From assembly GCA_030141605.1 (NCBI GenBank), contig JAQGDQ010000018.1:682001-746000 (forward strand): a DNA stretch of 64,000 nt. The letters are read 5' to 3'. This DNA is from Tubiluchus corallicola. Its lineage: Eukaryota; Animalia; Priapulida. Under the pieces are notes generated by a model. That model was not told the DNA's origin and made no database searches. It was given only the letters and a program-made list of their open reading frames with translations. Each line of letters opens with the position of its first letter. The stretch's first letter is position 1. The position numbers and the translations under genes are program-made. This document shows, piece after piece, positions 15,001 to 26,934 of the stretch.

Positions 15001-18000
15001 CATTTGGCCAATCAGTAAACCTGTGTTATATCTCTTTTCCACACAAAGCTCTACCAATTAATAGATTAATAAGTAACTAAGTAAACCTACTCACAAACAA
15101 ATACCCAAACAGCTTGAAATACTAAAGGTCATGCATATACTAATACTATAAAATATGTTCTCTCAACAACGTACCATCAATTAAAGGCAAAAAGCTAAAA
15201 CTCTTGGAAAATTGGGCTTATCTTAATATTCGAGCAAATGTTAAAAAGTTTCAGCAATGAAAGTCTAACAAGCACCTTATACAATTAAACAACTTTACAG
15301 TTGTGATCATGAATGAGCCTTTTTGTGAATGAACAGTGAAATCGTTCATCAACAGAAGACAGTAATATACTGTCAATGTCCAATAGTGTAACAAATTTTG
15401 AAAATAAATTAGGTAATTAGATTATTGAAGTGATATTTCCAAGTGAACACTAGCCAACTGCAGTTTTAGCTTTGGCAGCACTCAGCTTTTTGAGTTGGCA
15501 AGTACAATTTGTAAGCTTAGTTACAATTTTATATTTTTGCACTTTTAAGAAAGATTATTTATGCACCTGTTGTGTGGTAATTTTAGTATTTTTAATTGCA
15601 CATTAAGCTGCCCCAAGCTTGTTTGCCTAGTGACTTTTAGGGCAACTACACATATCAACTAAGTAGTAACTGTCACTACTGATTGACAAGATGTAACCTT
15701 AAAAACACATTTATAAAACTTTATCGCAAAAAGTTTTTTCCTAAAAAACTTAAGGCAAGTATTTACCGATTGTAAATGACAGCTATCATGACTAGAGTTC
15801 TACCTTGTCCATCAACAGCGAACAAATCAGATTTCCTCAGACAGTGTTTTTTTAACTCCTCCTACAAAAAGATATATCAGGAAAAAAATTTAATTGCCTA
15901 CAATATAATGCAAATATAATATGATATGATATGATATGATATGATATGATATGATATGATATGATATGATATGATATGATATGATATGATATGATGTGTA
16001 TAATTTCATATAACATAACATAACATAACATAACATATAGTGTAGTGTAGTGTAGTGTAGTGTAGTGTAGTGTAGTGTAGTGTAGTGTAGTGTAGTGTAG
16101 TGTAGTGTAGTGTAGTGTAGTGTAGTGGTGTAGTGTAATGTAGTGTAGTGTAATGTAATGTAATGCAATGTAATGTAATGTAATATAATATAGTATTCTG
16201 CATATAATATAAAGGGGCCCAAAAAGCAAAAAGTTACTGCAAAAGATAAAGTGATACGAAATGTAGCAGCCATGAATATAGATATATTGGTACAACGTCA
16301 TATATAGATATATTATAGATATATTGGAGCATACGTCATAAATCAATTCATGTAAATGCCTACTAAATAGGCACTACATTTAGACCTATTCCCAATTTTG
16401 ACTTAAATTTCTAGGTAATTTGTTTTAAAATAAGACGACGAGGAGAATTAATGGCCTTGATATAATGGCAATTGAAAAATGAATAATTAAAGGTACAGTT
16501 CCGTCTAAATATTAAGTTGCCAGATCATGAGGTCTTAATTTCATCAGACAACTTACAAACATTTATTGCAAGGGTCTTGTCGCGAATCAGCTAAATATTC
16601 GCGAGAAATGTAGGGAACAACAATTTTCTACTTTTTTTGTTAATGTGGAATTATTTGGCAAGTGGGCGGAAAAGTTGGGACTACTTTTTTAGCAGACGGA
16701 AAGAAAACCGCTTTTATGTTAAATTTTTACAGAGTTTGGAGTTATTTTGTATATCCATGTGTCTGATGCATCTGTTTTCGCCTGCCTGCGTTTGTTGTTT
16801 GCAGGTTGTCTGAAACAAGCGCTTACGTGGATATCAGAGGGGGGACACCCATTTCCCCCCTCACAAAGGTAAAGTTTTTCGTTAAACTTAATCATCAATG
16901 ACCGATGGTCGAAGTGCTATTCAGAACGTAAAAGGAGGGCATTTTCTATAGTTCTCAAAAGCGCAGGGATCACATGATTTGCTACTATGTTAATCCTGTA
17001 CTGATGCTAACTTCATGCTTTGTACACATTTCACTATATATTAATTCTAATCAACCAAATATGCACATATAAAATCATCATCAAGCAATGTAATTTATGA
17101 AAGGAATGTGCAACACGTGTGCAACTCTCGTGCAACACGTTATAGTGTGCTTACACTGGATATTAATAATATAATTGCTATTTATTTGTTACAGTGTACA
17201 AGCCTATAACAGATTCCAAACACTAAGCACATATCTCAATAATAAGTGGCTATTAATGAAAAATATATCTTAAATACTAAACAAACTATTATTTTTGTAA
17301 ATATTTGCCAAAATAATGTATCATATATAGTATCAGTTATATACTGTATCACCCTGTTTATAAGTCACATGTAACCTATATTTAGCAACCTAATGCTTAT
17401 TGCTTACCTGAGCCACAATCCGGGATAATGTTTTGACTCTCTCTAACCTCTCAGCTTGAACAATCTCTTTGCAATCGATTGCTTTGTTTCTAGCAGCTAA
17501 CTCTTCAGCTAACGCTCCTGTATTTGTTTCCATGTTTGGATCAGAGCCTCGTTTTAAAAGACACCTTTTCAACACAAAAACAAGCTTAAAAACTAGAAAC
17601 GAAAACTTTCCACAATTCGACAGATTAAGTTAAATTAATACTAAAATGATTTAAGGCATGTGCCAAAAACTAGAAAATGGTAAATCTAAAAGATTATGAA
17701 TGAAGCTACATTAATTCACATATTTACCACAAAAGTTACTAAACTATTAGAGAAATATATTCACATCATCAGTTTTTTTAAAGAAAAAATGTTGTCAAAG
17801 GATTAGCCTAAGACATTATTAAATAAAATGCTGGGTTGTCTACTGAGCTTAGCAGCAAAATGTGAACAGTAGTAAATAGTATTATTAAAACTGAACAAAA
17901 ATATGAATTAACCTTTTTTTAATTTTTATGTAATTTTGCCTACAAATAATTCAAACAGAAACACAGAGGTCTTAGCCTCAAGACATACATAGGATAAACT

Positions 18001-21000
18001 GTTTCGCCGTCATCTTCTGATCACCTTATGAGGAGGCCTTAGTAGATGCCAACTTTATTAAAAACATCAAACATTTATTTAAATGTTAATACCGAGAAGC
18101 ACTGCATACTATTTATATATTATACAAGATAAAAAAATGAACCAAAATTCTTCAGTCCTACACTACCTAACCACTTCAACATGATTTCCACTAGCTGCGT
18201 AATGTAAAGGTGTCCAGAGTGATTCCGGATTCTGAAGATTTGGATTAGCACCAAGAACACACACCAAAATCTCAACCAAGGCAACATTACCTGTAAATAT
18301 TTACAAGTAAATAAATGCTTATACACCTAATCGTACAACCACTATGCAAAGTAAACAGATAAGAACAACAAGTGTATAATAATAGAGCAGTTCTACTAGC
18401 AGGTGATAATAAGATAATACTAAACAATATTCTGACATTCTTAGTTAGTATTAAAACACAAGAAAATGTCTTGAATGTAAATATTTACAGGTAAGAAACA
18501 ATGACATGATAGATTAGAAATTGACAAGTTCAATAAATCACCTGAGCAATAAAACAGAACAAAGTGTTCAATCATTCATTTTATATCCAGCTTAGAATGC
18601 AAGAAAAGAGCTTCTAGGATAGCAATATAAGGATAGCATTTATTTCTCTAGATTGTACTAAACATGGTGTAAGGAATGGCTTCGTATAAAGTTAAATTAC
18701 ACTGCTATATATAATTACCAATACAGTGCACACTTACCTGAGCACACTGCTAATGATAAAGGTGTAATTCCTTCTGAACCAATAACATTAACATCTGCTC
18801 CACAAATTCTGACTAGATTAAGCAGTAGAGGTAGCCGACACACACCTAAAAAGCATCGCAGGTGAGAAGCGTTAAGACCATCATAACCTTTCTGATTGCA
18901 ATCACTACCTAATTTATCACTCAGTTACTATGATATCAGACAGTAAAAGACACTAAGGTGTCATGAATAGGACAACCAGACATTGCAATGCATGAAGACA
19001 GAAACTGTCACAAATACAAAAAATTTAAAGATTAAAAATATCTTAGAATTTATTTTTTCTTACCTTGCTTTACAACAATGTGAATTATGTAATTTCCTTT
19101 GGAATCTGTTTCGGAGTTAATATCAAATTCAAACAACTGCAAAGTTCAGTAAAACTAAGTTAGGTAAGTTTGTAAGATGTTGCAAAATGGATTTTCCAAT
19201 ACTAACATTTGTTAGATGCACTAAACCTCTCATCAGGTAGTGCTGTGAAGCAGTCTCATTAAACACAAAAAAGTGATCTTTAGCAATAAATGCCAGATTA
19301 CTTGCAAGTGGTAAATAATGAAAATAACAAAATAATAAGAAGCAAGATAATGTATACCTAATATTATTTACCGTTATACAAAGACCAATCTAAAAAATCT
19401 AAATAAAATATCTTCTTTTTTCATTACTTTCATTCATTCATTCTTCATTCATTTTGACATTACTTTTACCGTTTATGTGCATACCTGCAACTTATAAAGA
19501 AGTTCATCACAATCACGAGTATGTGCAGCCATATTGAAGAGCTGATCTCTTTCTTGAAGACTGGGTTTTTGTTTCGACTGAACCTTTTCTTTTGGCGGCG
19601 TCTTCAGCAAAGACTTTGAAGCCAACACTTTCTTTATTTGTGGACAGAAACAAACATCATCTCCAGTCCGACCTGAAAACATTGTAACTTAACAATTTAA
19701 AAATTACCTATGCTTTCGTGCATATAATTACATGCACTTCTTGAAAGTCTTGGAAGTTGATCATCTGGAAAAACAAACCTTGTACCACATTGAGAGTTAT
19801 CACGTGTCCCGAATTTTGAAGGACTTACACAATTATCGGGTAATTGAGCCTGAGCAACTTGTCCCAAATTTCGCAATAAACAAACAGTAATCACCAACTC
19901 TTCAGAATACTATTCGATTTAACTAAAAAATTTGATGAGTTAATACCCTAGCATCAAATTTTGCCAGACTACATACAGACAGGCTAAAATACTCCAGAAC
20001 TGGCTCAAGACCATCAAATAAATGAGGTTTTACAAAAAATTTTAATACCGTGTACTTCTATTCTTCATGCTCTTTTATTTGAACAATATTGAAACCTATT
20101 TACTTAAAAAATTCTAATTAACAAAGAATTGCCACAATTTTTTTATTTCAAAGTGATAACAGTGATCCCAACTAAGCGCCCTAACCTAAATTTCAACTTG
20201 ATTGATCACATTGGGTCACGGGAACATGCTATTTAAATCAGCTGAAAACAATTAATTTGGTACAATTTAAAATTAATTAAACAACTCTAATTAATTAACT
20301 GATTAGTGAGTTGCTACAAATTTTTTGTTTTAACATTCTAGCTAATTATCCTACCAAATTTTCTCAATAAATTTAAAATTAATTAATTAAATAGCTTTAA
20401 TCAGTTAACTAATTAACAAGTTGCTAAAAAATTTTTGTTTTCAACCCAGGGCATCCCATCTAACTGTCAGCTCGATCGGAAAACACTTATCAACTGAACA
20501 ATTGATAAACGCTTTTGGAGTTGAAAAGTGTGACAGACAAAATGAATGAATACATAACCGGATTTTTTTAAAGATTCTTTCCAACATGATAAAACATGAG
20601 ATGATCATTGTCATCAGCAGCACAGCATTACTAACTTGAGGTATGAAAATGGTAAATCATAAAAAGCTGTACTGAGAAGCAAAAATATTCGTATCACGAT
20701 TATAAATAATAATGCTTAAATTGGTGAAATTGTTGTATTTTATTGAATCGTTTGTATTTTTCTATCAACAAATTTCAATATATTTTAATAATAAATAGGC
20801 CAAATTATGAACGGCCAATGGTCAACTTCAGTGGTATTATGCGACAATAGTGAGCATTATATTGGGGGACAAAGGCCTAGCAGCTGCAGGTATTTCTAGC
20901 ATGAATCTGAAAATGTTTCAATATAGAATGAAGTTCAATTTTTTGATACTGTAATTTACATTTTGTTTTTAAATTTAAGACATAATAAAGAGCCCAAATA

Positions 21001-22095
21001 TCATCGTATCTGCAGGAAAATACATTTGCGACTGCACTCGTTATGTTTTGTTGTTATAGAAATTTAGCTGTAACATGGGAAAATATTGATAGTTTCCACA
21101 TTTTAAAAAACAATGACCTACATAGTTTTATCTACCATCCAAATATATGCAAATGCCATCATTTCGTCATATGAAGAGCAGCCCAGTTGTTACTATTTTA
21201 AAAATCAATGGTAATCATTACAAAATGTCATCTAACAACTACTAAAATACGTAATCTACTCTACATTATAGTTATTTCTACATAAGTTCTATTAAATATT
21301 CACCTGATTTGTCTTTAACTTTTGTAGAAATTTTTGACTGCAACAAATACACAACAGCATCATAGTTTTGATGGATACACGCCACATGAAGCATTGTCAA
21401 TCCATTATTAAACTGGTGTTTGATACCTATAATGTTAGACTTATAAATTACAGTTGGTTTATACACAATTAGGAAATATTATTCATAAAGTGCAGAGATC
21501 GCATAGTCTTTTATATGTAAGCATGCAAAAAATAATAAAATCCATGCTTATTACAACCACTAAACATCATAATTTTACAATCAGTTTGCTTACAACTGCT
21601 ACTTAATGTCAGTCACGCTAACAGTGCATTTTAAATATTTCAGCTCCAGTTATCACACCTCAGAAGACATTTGAAAAAAGATACCGTACCTATTATTTTT
21701 CCATCAACTAGAGTTTGTAAAACTTGTACAGGTCCACATTTCAGAGCCAGCAAAGCTATATCAACAACTGACTTTCTCAAATCTGTTGAAATCACACATT
21801 CCAATAAAAGTGTCTGCAAAGAATCTCCTTTTGGCCAAAGAGAAACAAATGTTACAGGACAGTCACCAAATTTAAAAGGATGAAATGTTAATGAAGCCCT
21901 CCAGAAAATGTTGGCAATCCTATCCATAAGCTCGCTAGAAATTCTGGTGTCTTGAAACTTGTTATGTTCATTCAGGTATGAAGAATGATCATTCTTTGAC
22001 ATGCAGTTAAATATCTCTTTACTGTCCAGTGCCATGTCAGAAGAAACATCCAGTATCTGTGTGTACTGCCCTTGAGAGTATTTGAATGTACTCAT
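9016..22095 (-). CDS. Uncharacterised large ankyrin-repeat protein (1218 aa, 20 coding exons)
   Basis: Minus-strand exons in transcript order: 22095-21690, 21426-21304, 19672-19485, 19136-19064, 18845-18738, 18290-18167, 17564-17408, 15861-15767, 14778-14647, 14456-14339, 13317-13247, 12986-12881, 12744-12670, 12421-12199, 11827-11625, 11463-11318, 11177-10309, 9978-9773, 9551-9427, 9124-9016 (TAG). All introns are GT-AG, all phases match, and the sum is 3657 nt with no internal stop. Many ankyrin motifs: GLTMLHVAC, WTPLHYAASGNHVEVVRCLLKRGSDPN, GRTALAIAASESHLESVKVLLRYGADP, SPLHVACARGHLEVV, GLTPLQLAAEKG, GDTPLMVAC, GLSPLHTAC. The ATG lies 4 nt into an exon with an acceptor at 22100-22101, so an upstream exon exists and could extend the N-terminus. 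Confidence 0.9.
11795..11921. repeat. Near-perfect 63/64-nt tandem duplication spanning a splice acceptor of the ankyrin gene
   Basis: caactaacaaagcttttacaatcttactgtaacctgaaaattagcaagcacttatttaaacta at 11795-11857 recurs at 11858-11921 with one extra A. Confidence 0.95.
12079..12218. repeat. Four diverged ~35-nt tandem copies spanning a splice donor of the ankyrin gene
   Basis: Units ttagcacacaataccttttcagctactaac..., taaatgcataatacccttttcaactgctaac..., atagcacataattccttttcagctgataac..., ttaacacacaatacctttttcagctgccagc. The last unit contains the real exon/intron junction at 12199/12198. Confidence 0.85.
13640..14150 (+). mobile_element. Decayed RTE-clade (BovB-like) LINE 3' fragment in an intron
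   Basis: Frameshifted translation IEAAIIRCQLCYIGHVVRMPDNRPP...YGEHSCGYCSQGGQKKCFKDYLSATLK matches the RTE ORF2 C-terminal consensus (LRWxGHVVRMxDxRxPK..LYGEL..GxRxxGGQKKRxKD). Boundaries are approximate. Confidence 0.8.
15919..16188. repeat. Compound pentanucleotide microsatellite (ATATG)n-(ATAAC)n-(TAGTG)n-(TAATG)n
   Basis: Arrays are directly visible and explain the spurious HYTTL/ISYHI ORFs at 15852-16346. Confidence 0.97.
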
Positions 22096-22624
22096 GGTAC
22101 TGTAAATTATAATAATGATTCTATAAAAACAGTAAAACAAAATAAGTAGAAAATTACAAAAATTCATACATGTGACACAGTTGTCATGTGTTCTGGATTA
22201 TTGTCACTTTTGTTTATTTAGTGTTCAAGGATGATTAGCTGCATTTTCACTAGGTCATTTTACTACATGCTTTAGTTTTGCCATATATGTTTTCTGACAA
22301 AACAGTTGAGACAGTCTGTGTATAGCCCTGTTCGGATAATTAACATTGTCTGTTACAAGAAGTCATCTGATTAGCTACTTGATATTGGCAGTAGTTTCCA
22401 TCTGCCCACATGTTTACGATTTCTCTAGATGAGTTGTGACGAGATATTTCAGTTTATTTGTATATGTTAACAGGTGATTGGGATTGGACGCAGACGACCT
22501 CTTACTTCAGGAGTTAGGAGATGACTGGGGTTGTCTGTAGATGTCTTCTGATCAGGTGCCTCAGGTAAGGAATAGAACTTTTCCTCCCAGATGCATGAGT
22601 TTGGCTACACATACACATACATAT

Positions 22625-22836
22625 ATTCACTTTCTGTGTTAGGGTTAGGGAAAGGTAAGAATTGCGTGACAATTGTAGCCCATGTGGTGATATATATACG
22701 CATAAAACACACATATTTTAAAAAGAATCATATTTAAAATGTATCTACACGGCCACTAATGGCTACAACTGTCTACATGCGGCAACAACTATCACGGAAT
22801 TCTTACCTTTCCCCAACCCTAACACAGAAAGTGAAT
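22625..22836. mobile_element. Small fold-back element or MITE with ~60-bp imperfect inverted arms
   Basis: The left arm attcactttctgtgttagggttagggaaaggtaagaattgcgtgacaattgtagcccatgt pairs with the right arm, whose reverse complement reads attcactttctgtgttagggttggggaaaggtaagaattccgtgatagttgttgccgcatgt. No TSD identified. Confidence 0.75.
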
Positions 22837-23039
22837 GTTCAAACCTAATAAATAGTTTTTAGATCGGAATACAGTATAAGTTAGTAAATAAAAAATCGAC
22901 TCTGTCAATCGATGCAGTTTTGTACTATTCTATAAATGCAAAGCTTCATGACCATCAATTGCAAATTGGTGATGCCTCAGACAATGTTTCAAAACAGAAA
23001 GAAAAGTTACAAAACAGCACCGATAGAGAATGTCAGCAC

Positions 23040-23360
23040 AAAATCAGCTGTATGATAGCTGAACCCAGCATGCTACTCTCAAGAATGCTCTTGAAAGAAC
23101 TCAGTATAGATGTAGTCGATTTCTACTCTCCAGCTCGTATTGTAGACCTTATGAACTGCTTCAAGATAATTAATGGAAACACTGTTCTGAGAGAGACAGA
23201 CTTTTTCCAGCTCTTGTGGTCATTTCTGCAACCAGCTAGAACCAACATCAGCTTACACTTCTTTGGACATCGTATAGTTTGGTCATGGAATCATCTTTCA
23301 CCATTAGTTGATTTCAAAAGGCATTTGAGAGAGGACCGCTTACAGATAGTTATCATCTAG
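23040..23360 (+). mobile_element. Decayed CR1-group LINE 3' fragment
   Basis: DLMNCFKIING...DFFQL...ARTNISLHFFGHRIVWSWNHL...DFKRHL resembles the CR1 ORF2 C-terminus (GDLIExFKI..FF..R..FFSxRVVxxWNxL...FKxxL). Confidence 0.65.
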
Positions 23361-24189
23361 GTCCTTATTTCTTTGGATAAGGTATTCTAATTAATGAGGT
23401 CAGTTGGAAGTTGAGCAATCTTCTTTTTTACTTTTCAGTAAGTTTACACTTTTCTACTAAACCGTTGCTTGTTTCTATACTGTGGCATACGGTGATACAT
23501 CAAAATAATCGCTTTCTGTAAACTCGAAAATGAAAATTTTTCGATAAAATGCCCAACATTTGTTCGTTTTCGCGACGCTGACACCAACTTTTAATTTTTT
23601 CAATATGAGTTAGACAGTAATTTTCTTTGTGTGCAGATAAAGGATGCATCTTTCTATTGGAGCACTAATTTCAGCGATATTTTTGATATGGGTAATCTGG
23701 CAACGCATTAAAAAAGAACCACATAAACTGCAAACTACCCTAGTTTTGTACCGAGTTATAATTTTTTAAAATATAGTGAATATGTAACTACACCTGTACT
23801 ACACACTCCTGCTACTACACTGTAGCAAAGGTTATTTTTTCGATCCTCTCCTTGTATTATCAATTATAATTATTATCAGCTTACTGTACATCACTTATCA
23901 TGTTCTAAAACAAATTAAATAATGTTGCCTCAAATTGTAAATTTATTACGAACTACAAAATCTGGCATCACGCGCTGAACATGATTGAAGTTGAAAATCG
24001 ATTTTAATTTTCAACAGTTTTATTTGGCTTTACCTTTATGGGTTTCCCTTTGGTCGGTCATCACTCATCAGTCTCGAAGATCGTTTCTTGCTTACTTTAT
24101 TTCGACATCTCTACTAGTGATAAAATCGTGACAGTCTGTACTCACATGGTGGAAGGATAGGCCTATTTTGATACCAAAATCTTCTCCAA

Positions 24190-24935
24190 TACTGATCCAA
24201 CCTGACCTTGAATGTATTAAGTCAATTTAAGTGATGGAGCAGTGACAACATAATCTGACAATGAACTCCACACATTAACAGTCCTCATTGAGAAATCATG
24301 TTGCCTAACAGATGCCCTATGGTATGCGGCATGGTTTTTTCAATTTCTTGCTAAGGCCTCTACTTTAAAGGGAACTGGGATGTTGTACGCACCCGGGATA
24401 AACTTGTAGCATTCTATCATATCACCTCTTGCTCTTCCATAATGTAAAGATGGTAATTTAATATTTGTCAAGCAATATTCATAGTCCAATTCTTTTAGTC
24501 CAGGAATTATTCTTGTGTCTCTCCTTTGAACAGCTTCAAGCAATTTAGAATCCTTGATATAGCGAGGGTAAGTCACAACATGCCCATATTTTAACAAGGG
24601 TCTCACTAATGACTTACAGTACAGTAGTTATCTTTACTGTGGTGCGCCATTGCCTTGCAGTTGAACATATTAACTAAACTTGAGTTAATTACCTACATAT
24701 ACTGCAAGATCTTTCTTCATATCACTATCAGCTCTCATTAGTGCTTATACAGTAGGGTAACATTATCTTTGCTATGACACGTGAACGTTCTTCTTGTCAA
24801 GCCCAAAAACTTTTTACCAGTTGAGCATGCACATACACACACTAAACTATGATTACTAAACTTGAGTTGATTATCAACATTTACCCCTAGATCTTTCTCC
24901 ACATCATTCATATGCTCGTCACCATCATGCATTAA
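24190..24935 (-). mobile_element. Decayed CR1-group LINE ORF2 3' fragment with an internal insertion
   Basis: EKDLGVNVDNQLKFSNH...KFLGLTRRTFTCHSKDNVTLLYK and VRPLLKYGHVVTYPRYIKDSKLLEAVQRRDTRIIPGLKELDYE...LPSLHYGRARGDMIECYK are typical CR1 post-RT motifs (EKDLGV; LVRPHLEY; LEKVQRRATK; RGDMIE). Confidence 0.9.
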
Positions 24936-26254
24936 ATAAAATGTACTTAATTTTTTTTCATTTATATATATATATCGTTCGTTTTGATGCTATTGTTTCT
25001 GACTTTAAATTTTGCCTTCTTACAAATAGCAAAAAATGGTCAACAGGCAAATATACAAACATGCCAGAACAAACATAAATTGAACACAATGATGCAATTT
25101 TTCGAAGACTGAGAATGAATCCTAAGATTTAGATACAAAATCACTCATCAGCTTCCATTTATCTGATCCTGGCTTCTTGTCTACCGGCTGGTTAATTCAT
25201 GATCTGTTTTGGCAGCCATGTCTAGAATTACTTGCGTTGCTGATGAAGTCATGGCGTTGAGAACTTGAGGGGGAATTTGAAACTTGCGGGGGTAATTTAA
25301 ACCTACAATAATTTCAAATCTGGTCATGTTATTTGAAATAAAGTTCATTTCTGGGGCGGGGTGCGCAAGAATATGTTTAAGCTGGATGGTAATTTAAAAC
25401 ACTGTCACATTGATTTACATCTATAACGGTTCTAGTAATACGGGGCATCCAACTGCTAAAAGAGACTGTCCAGTGACATTGCAATAAATAAACAGCACAC
25501 AAGAATTCTCGCTACTGATGACAGTGTTTATAGAGTATCTACATACCAGCAAACTACTATTACCTTCATCGGTGTAGTCAAATAGAAAATAAACTTAGCT
25601 GAACATAACTGTTTCAACTTCACAGTAGAAGCTGAAATTTGCAAATTATGATTTTTGCGAATCGCGATCAAGTCAAACTGCAGCGGAAAGGCAGCGGAAT
25701 ATTTAGAAATCGTTTTTGTGTAGTGTTTCATAATTTTGACGATCACACCATTTTAACCTGTAAGATATTGATTTATGAATATGGCAGGTAAGCGGCTTCA
25801 ATAATCTTTAACAAGTGTTTTCTATTTCAAAATTCTGCAGGGTTGTCTATTGATTTAAACTTTAATAATTAATAGTTCTAAGTAACCCGTTTGTTGCTCG
25901 ACTGGGTGTGTGTGTGTGTATTCAGTAACAAAGTACCAGTTATATTGTTGCCCGTCGGACTGGGAATGTACTTTTTCTGTGGAGTTTATTGCAACACCAC
26001 GAAGTGTAATTCAGTTGAGCAACACCGCTCTGATCATCCGCAGTAGGCTCATATGGTGACATTTTATTTTTAGTGTTAGAAAGGCAGAATTGAAAAAAAT
26101 TACAACTGAATTTTTGTTAGTTTTAAATGCACTTTAAGTATTAAATGAAAAACTTGTATTATGCGGTGCACTATAACCTGTAGGTTCTCATTGAAAGTAT
26201 ACATCAATGTAAATACATAAAGTCTTACTCTTACTTAGACGAACAAAAAAACTG

Positions 26255-26934
26255 GGCGCTATTACACTTTCGCACCGCCTAGCTTTTCCTGGCCTATTGG
26301 TTCTTTTCTCGCCTGCAGGCCAGAAAGCAGACCAACAGGGGTAATATACACCATATTCCCATAATATTAGTGCTTTTTACGCTTTATAATTCCAGATGAA
26401 AATCAGATTAAAATCATACATTACTTATCGCCGCCATTACGCAAAAGGCTGCACGTGAATAACCGTGTTTACACCACTAATGCGCAATCGCTTTCGCGCA
26501 GTGACGTAGTGGCCCTTAACCTGTATTTTTAGTTTTTTTGCATAATTTATGATTATTATGGTTGCAGCCACGGGAGTTTGTATGATATTACAGTGTTCCC
26601 ACATATTAGATTATAAAAGTAAAGGTTTTTTCTTTATTTCGTAAATGCAATTAAGATGAAAGTGTGTCACGTGCCTTTTAAGCTAGACCCTGATAATGCA
26701 TAAACTAGTACGAAATTCGTCACGTGACTACACACACAAACAAGATGGCGATACTGTGTAGAACTGTGAATACAGCGTAATTATTGGTAATTATACCTAA
26801 ATAAATGATTAAATTACAATTAGATTAGCGGAAACATTCACTGATGACGTAAGAATAATAGAATGACGACCTACGAGCCTAGAAACGAGTAATAACCTAG
26901 GAAAAGCTAGGCGGTGCGAAAGTGTAATAGCGCC
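26255..26934. mobile_element. Non-autonomous DNA transposon (MITE), Merlin/IS1016-like, 680 bp
   Basis: Perfect 36-bp TIR ggcgctattacactttcgcaccgcctagcttttcct at both ends. Exact 8-bp TSD aaaaactg at 26247-26254 and 26935-26942. A GG-starting TIR with an 8-bp TSD fits Merlin; the superfamily is inferred. Confidence 0.9.

Noticed and set aside
15852-16346. Long ORFs with HYTTL/ISYHI repeats
   Set aside because: They are translations of a pentanucleotide microsatellite.
22920-23360. 146-aa ORF as a host gene
   Set aside because: Its 3' half is a CR1 LINE remnant.
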